Origin: Dehalococcoidales bacterium
Lineage (GTDB): Bacteria > Chloroflexota > Dehalococcoidia > Dehalococcoidales > UBA5627
Reading direction: 5' to 3'
DNA: 23,710 bases
Assembly: GCA_028706995.1 (NCBI GenBank)
Contig: JAQTVR010000003.1
Location: 1 to 23,710 of the forward strand
The notes below the pieces were generated by a model, which did no database searches, was not told the origin of the DNA, and saw only the letters and a list, made by a program, of their open reading frames with translations. Made by a program: the position numbers and the translations under genes. Every line of letters begins with the position of its first letter. The first letter of the stretch is position 1. This document shows positions 16,867 to 23,710 of this stretch, piece after piece.

Positions 16867-16909
16867 GTAACATTGGCGCAATATCCCGGAAACAATAACC
16901 TAATATACT
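16867..16909 (+). promoter_or_regulatory. Candidate amtB-glnK promoter/operator
   Basis: GTAAC (16867-16871), GGAAACAATA (16888-16897), 6 nt, then TATACT (16904-16909). The SD GGAGG is at 16929 and the ATG at 16939. The same GGAAACAATA-N6-TATAMT architecture occurs at 18563-18584. Confidence 0.45.
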
Positions 16910-16938
16910 GGACTATATAAGCATTTCTGGAGGTATTT

Positions 16939-18168
16939 ATGGTTGTTGACTCGGGAGACACAGCCTGGATATTAGTATCCTCAGCACTGGTGATGTTGAT
17001 GACCCCCGGTGTTGCCTTCTTCTACGGAGGAATGGTCAGGCGTAAAAATATCCTTTCTACAATGATGATGAGCTTCGTTTGTTTAGCTCTGGTAGCTCTT
17101 ATCTGGGTAATCTATGGTTACAGCCTCAGCTTCGGAGACGATATAGGCGGTATCATCGGAGGCTTCAACTTCTTTGGAATGGCTAATGTCGGATTCGAAG
17201 CATCGGATATCTATGCCATTACAGTTCCGCACCTGGCGTTTATGATATTCCAGGCGATGTTTGCAATAATCACAATAGCCCTGTTTACAGGCGCTGTAGT
17301 AGAACGTATAAAATTCAGCGCCCTGCTGATTATTGCTGCACTATGGATAACACTTGTATATTGCCCGATAGCGCACTGGGTTTGGGGAAGCGGCGGCTGG
17401 TTATTCAACCTGGGAACACTTGATTTTGCCGGCGGTACCGTAGTTCATATCAATGCCGGTGTTGCAGCCCTGGCACTGGTACTGTTACTTGGCAAGAGAA
17501 AGGGCTTTCCGCAACAACCTATGGAAGCCAACAATATTCCGCTGGTGGTTTTAGGCGCATCTCTTTTATGGTTCGGCTGGTACGGATTCAATGCCGGCAG
17601 CGCCCTGGCAGCCAACGGTTTGGCGGCTAATGCCTTTGTTACCACCACGGTCGCTGCTGCTGCCGCCGCCTTTACGTGGATGATAATAAGCTGGATACAA
17701 AGACGCCCGACTATTCTGGGAACCGTTACAGGGGCTGTTGCCGGACTGGTGGCTATTACTCCGGCAGCCGGCTTCGTATCCCCTATGGCGGCTATTGCTA
17801 TAGGTTTCGGGGCAGGAACTATCTGCTATTTTGTTATGGTACTAATGAAAACCAGGCTTCATTTTGATGATTCACTGGATGTTTTTGCCATCCATGGCGT
17901 CGGCGGCATCTGGGGCGCCTTGGCTACCGGTGTATTTGCCGATGCCGCTATCAATGGATATAATGGCTTGCTTTCAGGAAACGCAAAACAGCTCTTAATA
18001 CAGATACTGGCTGTAGTCATAGTAGTTGCCTTCACCTTTATTATGACAATGATCATAGGTAAATTGGTCGACAAGACAATCGGGCTTAGGGTTAACTCTA
18101 AAGAAGAGACCGTCGGTCTTGACCTGTCGCAACACGGAGAAAGGGCATACGGAGGTTTACTCCGATGA
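16939..18168 (+). CDS. amtB: Ammonium transporter AmtB
   Basis: DTAWILVSSALVMLMTPGVAFFYGGMVRRKN, DFAGGTVVHINAG, LLWFGWYGFNAGS, and the HGVGGIWG twin-His region. About 11 TM helices. Good SD. Confidence 0.93.
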   Translation: MVVDSGDTAWILVSSALVMLMTPGVAFFYGGMVRRKNILSTMMMSFVCLALVALIWVIYGYSLSFGDDIGGIIGGFNFFGMANVGFEASDIYAITVPHLAFMIFQAMFAIITIALFTGAVVERIKFSALLIIAALWITLVYCPIAHWVWGSGGWLFNLGTLDFAGGTVVHINAGVAALALVLLLGKRKGFPQQPMEANNIPLVVLGASLLWFGWYGFNAGSALAANGLAANAFVTTTVAAAAAAFTWMIISWIQRRPTILGTVTGAVAGLVAITPAAGFVSPMAAIAIGFGAGTICYFVMVLMKTRLHFDDSLDVFAIHGVGGIWGALATGVFADAAINGYNGLLSGNAKQLLIQILAVVIVVAFTFIMTMIIGKLVDKTIGLRVNSKEETVGLDLSQHGERAYGGLLR

Positions 18169-18503
18169 AGAAGATAGAAGCGATCATCCGCGAAGAGAAG
18201 CTGGATTGTGTTAAAAAAACCCTGGAAAAAGAGAATTATTTCGGGATAACCGTCAGCGAAGTGATCGGCAGGGACAGGCAAAAGGGAATACCCCTGCAAT
18301 GGCGCGCAGGAGAATATATGGTGGATTTGATACCTAAGATAAAACTGGAACTGGTAGTTCTTGACGAGGATGTGGATAAGATACTGGATATTATCGCTGG
18401 CAACGCCAGGACCGGCGAGGTAGGTGATGGGAAAATATTTGTTCTGCCCGTATCCGGCATACTCCGCATCCGGACAGGGGATAAAGACGAAAATGCTATC
18501 TAA
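18165..18503 (+). CDS. glnK: Nitrogen regulatory protein P-II, GlnK type, translationally coupled to amtB
   Basis: 112 aa with MKKIEAIIR...GITVSEV.GR.RQKG...DLIPKIKLELVV...TGEVGDGKIFV.PV...RIRTGD. Its ATG overlaps the amtB stop as ATGA at 18165-18168. Confidence 0.92.
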   Translation: MKKIEAIIREEKLDCVKKTLEKENYFGITVSEVIGRDRQKGIPLQWRAGEYMVDLIPKIKLELVVLDEDVDKILDIIAGNARTGEVGDGKIFVLPVSGILRIRTGDKDENAI

Positions 18504-18529
18504 GTCAGGGTTTATCCTGCTGTAAGTGA

Positions 18530-18956
<427 letters not shown>

Positions 18957-18976
18957 AGAGAGGTATTGCGCTGATG

Positions 18977-18996
18977 ATATGATCAATATATCATTT
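18977..18996 (+). promoter_or_regulatory. Conserved motif ATATGATCAATATATCATTT upstream of glnA
   Basis: Same heptamer plus 13-mer as at 9104-9128. It contains direct repeats ATATGAT / ATATCAT with an 11-bp period. It lies 67-86 nt upstream of the glnA ATG. Confidence 0.4.
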
Positions 18997-19062
18997 GCTG
19001 CTATTTCCATTTCTTAATTTCGGTTACATTATATTTTTATATAAAATAATTTGGGAGGAAAA

Positions 19063-20406
19063 ATGTATAACAAAAGTAGAGATGAAGCTTGCGAGTACGT
19101 ATTAAAGTCAGCCAAAGAGCACGATGTTAAGTTTATTAAGTTCTGGTTTACCGATATAAACGGTTTCCTCAAGAGTTTCGCCATCACTATCCAGGAACTG
19201 GAACACGCACTGGTCGATGGGATGGGATTCGACGGTTCTTCAATCGAGGGTTTTTGCCGTATCGATGAGAGCGATATGATCGCCTTACCCGATCCGGAAA
19301 CGTTTAAATTACTGCCATGGAGACCTCGAGAACACCGAGCCGTAGCCAGGATGTTCTGTGACATCCTTAAACCGGAAGGCACTCCGTTCGATGGGGACCC
19401 GAGATTTGTACTCAAACAAAATCTGAAAAAAGCATCTGATTTAGGTTACACGTTCTATGTAGGGCCTGAACTGGAATACTTCTATTTCAAGGATAGCAAT
19501 GGAACTGAAGTACTGGATAAAGCCGGGTATTTCGACTTGACGCCGGTTGATGCCGCTCTCGACATGAGAAGAGACACAGTGCTAATGCTGGAAGAAATGG
19601 GAATACCTATCGAGTATTCACACCACGAGGTCGCCCCCAGCCAGCATGAAATCGACATGAGATATACCGATGCCCTGACGATGGCGGATAATGTAATGAC
19701 ATATCGAATGGTAGTTAAAGAAGTGGCGCTCAAAAACGGCGTTTATGCTTCTTTTATGCCCAAACCTATCTTCGGGGAAAATGGTAGCGGTATGCATGTT
19801 CATCAATCGCTTTTCAAGGGTGATAGAAATTCCTTCTTCGATAAAGATGACAAATATTACCTGTCGAAAACAGCCAGGAGCTATATTGCCGGCATATTAA
19901 AGTATGCCCCGGAAATTATCTCCGTTACCAATCAATGGGTAAACTCATATAAAAGACTGGTTCCGGGTTATGAGGCTCCGGTATATCTTTCCTGGGCACG
20001 CCGCAACCGTTCTGACATGGTCAGAGTCCCCGAATACCGCCCGGGCAGGGAGAATTCCACCAGGATTGAGTTCCGTGCACCTGATCCCGCCTGCAATCCG
20101 TATCTTGCTTTCAGCGTTATGCTGGCAGCAGGCCTTGAGGGTATCGAAAAAGGCCTTGAGCCACCTGAGCCAGTAGAGGAAAACGTCTATGAAATGAGCG
20201 AAGCCGAAAGAGAAAAAAGAGGCATCGGCACTTTACCCGGCAGTCTCTCTGAAGCCATAAAATTAACCGAAAAGAGCGAGTTGGTTAAAAAGGCTCTGGG
20301 TGATCATGTTTTCGACGCCTTTATTGCGAACAAGAAAATAGAATGGGATAAATACAGAACACAGGTAACCGAATATGAATTAAATAAATATCTACCGGTA
20401 CTGTAA
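19063..20406 (+). CDS. glnA: Glutamine synthetase, type I (short, GSI-alpha-like)
   Basis: FIKFWFTDINGFLKSF, GFDGSSIEGF, GPELEYF, HHEVAPSQHEIDMRY, GSGMHVHQSLF, NSYKRLVPGYEAP, and RIEFRAPDPACNPYLAF. ATG 19063 follows SD GGGAGG. The track TTG at 19051 overlaps that SD. Confidence 0.93.
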   Translation: MYNKSRDEACEYVLKSAKEHDVKFIKFWFTDINGFLKSFAITIQELEHALVDGMGFDGSSIEGFCRIDESDMIALPDPETFKLLPWRPREHRAVARMFCDILKPEGTPFDGDPRFVLKQNLKKASDLGYTFYVGPELEYFYFKDSNGTEVLDKAGYFDLTPVDAALDMRRDTVLMLEEMGIPIEYSHHEVAPSQHEIDMRYTDALTMADNVMTYRMVVKEVALKNGVYASFMPKPIFGENGSGMHVHQSLFKGDRNSFFDKDDKYYLSKTARSYIAGILKYAPEIISVTNQWVNSYKRLVPGYEAPVYLSWARRNRSDMVRVPEYRPGRENSTRIEFRAPDPACNPYLAFSVMLAAGLEGIEKGLEPPEPVEENVYEMSEAEREKRGIGTLPGSLSEAIKLTEKSELVKKALGDHVFDAFIANKKIEWDKYRTQVTEYELNKYLPVL

Positions 20407-20476
20407 TCTTAATAAGTAAAAATACGATTGCCCGCAAAACAACCTTTAAATCGTAGCAGGCAATTCAGGGTGAACA

Positions 20477-21889
20477 ATGTTAGACTTATTTGAAAAACAA
20501 AGGCAGTGTTGGTTAACGAAGCGAAGCCAAAGACCAGATCGACAGGTCTACGGTAATCGCAAACCATTTATGTGGCTAATGCGTCTTATGCTATTTGGAA
20601 TAATCATGCCGCTGCTAGCTACCTCTATTACCATGAATATCAATGCAGCCAACTCACATATTGATGTCCTTGAAGTAAAAGGAACTATCAACCCGGTCCT
20701 GGTGGGTTATATCGAACGCGGCATCCAACAAGCCGAAAAGAATGGAGCAGTGGCTGTTATCATCCAACTGGATACCCCCGGTGGCCTGGATACGTCCATG
20801 CGTGATATCGTCCAGGTCATGGTCAACAGCCGGGTTCCCGTGGTGGTCTATGTCTCTCCAGCAGGAGCGCGTGCCGCTTCCGCCGGAGTCTTTATCACTA
20901 TGGCTAGCCATGTTGCCGCCATGGCACCGAATACGGCAATAGGGGCGGCACATCCTGTGTCGTTGGGCGAGGGTGAAATGCCGGCAGGCATGGAGGAGAA
21001 AGTAGTCAACGACGCTGCGGCATATATTCGGAGCATAGCTGAAGCCCACGGCCGCAATATGGAGTGGGCAGAGAGTGCAGTCAGAGAAAGTGTTTCTGCC
21101 ACAGAGCAAGAGGCTCTGTCACTTAATGTCATTGACATAGTCTCCCCCGACCTTAACACCCTTATAGGGCAACTTGACAACATGCAGGTGACCATGCTCA
21201 ATGGTAGCGTCATTACCCTGCAGACCATAGGGATAAGCGTAAACCACGTAGGAATGACTGCTATAGAAGATTTTTTATATGCTATTGCTGACCCCAATAT
21301 TGCTTTTCTGCTGTTAAGTTTAGCCTCGCTGGGTATAATCATAGAGATATTGAATCCCGGGCTCATATTCCCCGGAGTCGTCGGTACCATCAGTTTGCTT
21401 TTCGCCTTCTATTCTCTGGGAATACTGGCGGTAAACTGGGCCGGTGTCCTGCTTATTATTCTTGCCTTCGGTTTATTTGCTGCTGAAGTTTTAACCACTA
21501 CCTTCGGTTTATTTACCGCCGGGGGTGTGGTCTCACTCGTCATCGGTTCCATGATCCTATTTGCCGGAGCATCTCCGGTTTTCCAGATAGACCCCTGGCT
21601 CATTGCCTCCGTCGTCATTATCATTACCGGTATGTCCGCTCTGGTGGTTAACCGTGTCATAAGTACTTACCGCAGACAGGCCAAGACAGGCCGAGAAGAG
21701 CTCATTGGCAAGACCGCTGTAGTAAAAACCACCCTAAATCCAGATGGAACGGTCTTTTACAGGGGGGAATACTGGAACGCAATCTCGGAATCCGGCATAG
21801 TAGAGCCTGACGAGCAGGTTACCATACTCAGGATGGAAGGTCTCACGCTGTATGTAACCAGAAAGCCTGCCAAAGAGACAACATTGTAA
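20477..21889 (+). CDS. NfeD-family membrane-bound ClpP-class serine protease (long form with C-terminal OB-fold NfeD domain)
   Basis: The N-terminal ClpP-like domain reads VLEVKGTINPV...AVIIQLDTPGGLDTSMRDIV...VPVVVYVSPAGARAASAGVFI. Several TM helices follow, and then the C-terminal GKTAVVKTTLNPDGTVFYRGEYWNAIS OB domain. The start codon is uncertain, since internal Met codons precede the signal-like MRLMLFGIIMPLL. Confidence 0.85.
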   Translation: MLDLFEKQRQCWLTKRSQRPDRQVYGNRKPFMWLMRLMLFGIIMPLLATSITMNINAANSHIDVLEVKGTINPVLVGYIERGIQQAEKNGAVAVIIQLDTPGGLDTSMRDIVQVMVNSRVPVVVYVSPAGARAASAGVFITMASHVAAMAPNTAIGAAHPVSLGEGEMPAGMEEKVVNDAAAYIRSIAEAHGRNMEWAESAVRESVSATEQEALSLNVIDIVSPDLNTLIGQLDNMQVTMLNGSVITLQTIGISVNHVGMTAIEDFLYAIADPNIAFLLLSLASLGIIIEILNPGLIFPGVVGTISLLFAFYSLGILAVNWAGVLLIILAFGLFAAEVLTTTFGLFTAGGVVSLVIGSMILFAGASPVFQIDPWLIASVVIIITGMSALVVNRVISTYRRQAKTGREELIGKTAVVKTTLNPDGTVFYRGEYWNAISESGIVEPDEQVTILRMEGLTLYVTRKPAKETTL

Positions 21890-21998
21890 AGTAATATTGC
21901 TCATATAAGATACCTGCTGACTCTATCATCCCGCTATTGTTCTACATAAATTGGCTTTCGATATACTCAGGACCTGCCACAATCAGCCTGGTTTTTTA

Positions 21999-22049
21999 CC
22001 GCCCACCCTCTTTTGTCCCGAGCCTGGCGAAGGGTTAGTCCTTTAAAAG
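21999..22049. repeat. Degenerate copy A of an intergenic hairpin repeat
   Basis: CCGCCCACCCTC...GGCGAAGGGTTAGTCCTTTAAAAG resembles 23455-23494 (CACTCACCCTGAGTCTGTCGAAGGGTGAGTCCCTTCAAAGGG). Confidence 0.45.
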
Positions 22050-22080
22050 TATAAAAAACGGATGTCAATTCTATATTCGA

Positions 22081-22158
22081 CACCCGCTATGGTTCGACGG
22101 GCTATTCATCCTGAAGGGGGACTTCGTCCTTAAAAGGGATTCTCCCTTAAAGGACGCC
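22081..22158. repeat. Degenerate copy B of the intergenic hairpin repeat
   Basis: CACCCGCTATGGTTCGAC matches CACCGCCGCTTTGGTTCGAC at 23398-23417. It is followed by TCATCCTGAAGGGGG and the hairpin GTCCTTAAAAGGGA-TTC-TCCCTTAAAGGAC (22126-22155). Confidence 0.5.
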
Positions 22159-22215
22159 CACGTTACACTCTTGACTATGCTATGAGCGATAAGGTTTCTG
22201 CCATTGCTCGGAACA

Positions 22216-23292
22216 TCACAGGCTTGATTTTCCGGAAAGAAAACGGCTGCGTAGCTGCCCGCATCCGGCATTTATATCCTGCCCGCGTGACTGCCGCAGA
22301 GTCACGTTTATTTTTAACCGCTCCAGCTCTTCTTTAAAGGTTGTAACCGTGGATTGAGATGGGGCGAAGTAACCGGGATTACCGGTATTGTTAGACGGAA
22401 TAAGATTAACATGACAATTAAATCCCTTGAGCAAATACGCCAGGGAGCGGGCATGCGACGGCGAATCGTTAATACCATTGAACAGAGCATATTCGAAGCT
22501 GATACGACGCCCCGTCATATTGAAATAACTGTAGCAGGCGGACATCAGTTCCCTGACAGGATACTTCTGATTAACAGGCACCAGCTTATTCCGCAAAGCA
22601 TCATCGGCCGCGTGTAACGAAATAGACAGGCCGACTTGGAGTTCCTCCCGGCTCAAACGGTCCATCTGTGGAACCAGCCCCGACGTGGAAATAACCAGGT
22701 TACGGGCGCTGAGTCCGAACATATCCGGGGAATTCAGGCTTTCTATCGCCGCAAGTAAAGCATCATAATTAGCCAAGGGTTCCCCCATCCCCATAAAAAC
22801 CACATTGGTTACTTTTCCCCCACCCGTTTCCTGTAAGAGACGGGCAAAATACAGCACCTGGTCTATAATTTCACCCGGTGTAAGATTGCGCTCGAACCCC
22901 TGCTGACCTGTAGCACAGAATGGGCACCCTATCGGACAGCCTACCTGAGTGGAAACACAGATCGTGTTGCGCTCTTTACCCACAGCCGCCGGATAGTGCA
23001 TGAGAGTAGATTCGACGGTTTTATTATCCGCCACGGTAAACAGGACTTTTGTAGTGTCATTATATCCGCTTACTTCACTGACCGCCTGCATGCTGTGCAA
23101 CCGGAAACTCTCCTTGAGCCGGCAGCGCAGTTCTTGCGGCAGATCCGTCATCTCATCGAAGTCTTTAGCCATCTTGCGGTAGATCCATTGCTTTAACTGC
23201 CTGGTACGATAGCCGGATTCGCCGATAGATTCTATCAATTCCTGCAACTGGCCGGAATTCATATCGGTAAGACATGGTAACTTTTTATCCAT
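22216..23292 (-). CDS. rlmN: Dual-specificity RNA methyltransferase RlmN (23S rRNA/tRNA adenine-C2, radical SAM)
   Basis: YRTRQLKQWIY N-terminal domain, radical-SAM CPIGCPFCATGQ, NVVFMGMGEPLANYD, ISTSG, SLHA, EYALFNGINDS, NLIP.N, and the C-terminal catalytic INAGCGQL. Confidence 0.93.
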   Translation of the reverse strand: MDKKLPCLTDMNSGQLQELIESIGESGYRTRQLKQWIYRKMAKDFDEMTDLPQELRCRLKESFRLHSMQAVSEVSGYNDTTKVLFTVADNKTVESTLMHYPAAVGKERNTICVSTQVGCPIGCPFCATGQQGFERNLTPGEIIDQVLYFARLLQETGGGKVTNVVFMGMGEPLANYDALLAAIESLNSPDMFGLSARNLVISTSGLVPQMDRLSREELQVGLSISLHAADDALRNKLVPVNQKYPVRELMSACYSYFNMTGRRISFEYALFNGINDSPSHARSLAYLLKGFNCHVNLIPSNNTGNPGYFAPSQSTVTTFKEELERLKINVTLRQSRGQDINAGCGQLRSRFLSGKSSL

Positions 23293-23397
23293 AACATGTC
23301 ATTTTATCACGATGACCACATCTTCACTAATATAACCGATAATATATTTTTAACTTTTACTAATCAATCTTGATTGTGAAGATACTTTTTAAATAAT

Positions 23398-23506
23398 CAC
23401 CGCCGCTTTGGTTCGACAAACTCACCATGAGCGGTTTCAATAATCCTATACCCACTCACCCTGAGTCTGTCGAAGGGTGAGTCCCTTCAAAGGGAAAAAG
23501 AGCGGA
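23398..23506. repeat. Copy C (most complete) of the intergenic hairpin repeat
   Basis: Nested stems CCGCT...AGCGG (23403-23434), CTCACCC-N13-GGGTGAG (23455-23481) and TCCCTT-CA-AAGGGA. It translates to the FDKLTMSG / HPESVEG-type spurious peptides seen in many metagenomic genomes. Confidence 0.5.
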
Positions 23507-23644
23507 AACTATCACCAACCAGATTTAGAGAACCTTTTAACTGCTTCGCTTGACACAAAACCGGTATTAGCTGTATATTTACGAATATGCCTATCAGGTT
23601 AACTCAGAATATGATATACTAAAAGTTAGATGGAGAACAATTCA

Positions 23645-23710
23645 ATGTGGTCTTGTGTCTGGGATTGGCTTCAGGAGAATAAAGGTTGGTTTGCGGCTAT
23701 TGCCTTGGCC
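23645..23710 (+). CDS. Possible 5' end of an unidentified CDS running off the window end
   Basis: ATG 23645 (an alternative in-frame ATG is at 23630) is preceded by GGAG at 23632-23635 and TATACT at 23614-23619. The frame is open for 22 codons to the window edge: MWSCVWDWLQENKGWFAAIALA. This is too short to identify. Confidence 0.3.
   Translation, partial: MWSCVWDWLQENKGWFAAIALA

Noticed and set aside
20427-20464. Hairpin ATTGCCCGC-N20-GCAGGCAAT downstream of glnA as a terminator
   Set aside because: The stem has one mismatch, the loop is 20 nt and no U-tract follows. I cannot support it as an intrinsic terminator.
22085-22105. tRNA-like GGTTCGA T-loop motifs at 22091 and 23410, and GGGGTTCGAATGG at about 6424
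   Set aside because: No 5-bp T stem with a 7-nt loop, no acceptor stem and no anticodon arm can be drawn around any of them. The 6424 case is inside the zinc-ribbon CDS. The other two are part of the intergenic repeat family.
23362-23375. 14-bp palindrome AATCAA-TC-TTGATT upstream of rlmN as an operator
   Set aside because: It is short and AT-rich, occurs once, and no regulator or second copy supports it.

Overview
This 23.7-kb window looks like ordinary bacterial chromosome with moderate GC and tight operons. I found no rRNA or tRNA genes, CRISPR arrays, transposases or integrases. The gene content hints at an anaerobe, perhaps Chloroflexota/Dehalococcoidia-like, but that is only a guess.

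Layout:
- 1-349 (-): 5' part of rsmG, running off the window edge.
- 594-1520 (+): membrane-anchored alpha/beta hydrolase.
- 1507-5652 (-): a roughly 1380-codon alpha-2-macroglobulin/thioester protein with a metazoan-type GCGEQNM thioester motif. A single in-frame TAA at 5032-5034 splits it into two ORFs.
- 5834-6673 (-): SlyD-type FKBP isomerase and a small double zinc-ribbon protein with a long structured leader.
- 6951-9088 (-): an AbrB-domain regulator followed by an ABC ATPase and an ABC-2 permease.
- 9285-20406 (+): a large nitrogen-assimilation supercluster. It holds a split archaeal-type glutamate synthase (CooF-like polyferredoxin, FAD/NAD oxidoreductase, class-II amidotransferase, Fd-FMN subunit, GXGXG subunit) with hisH and hisF inserted at two separate positions. 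Next come an OmpR-type regulator with a degenerate receiver domain, amtB-glnK, a second PII gene and glnA.
- 20477-21889 (+): a long-form NfeD protease with no stomatin partner.
- 22216-23292 (-): rlmN, flanked by degenerate hairpin-rich repeats.

I do not see a defence island or a clearly novel multi-gene machine. The most interesting items are:
- hisH and hisF interleaved into the glutamate synthase operon.
- An orphan pseudo-receiver regulator resembling actinobacterial GlnR, together with recurring promoter motifs upstream of amtB, the second PII gene, glnA and the glutamate synthase operon.
- The eukaryote-like thioester protein carrying a premature stop.

All functional calls come from motif recognition by eye. 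No database searches were run.
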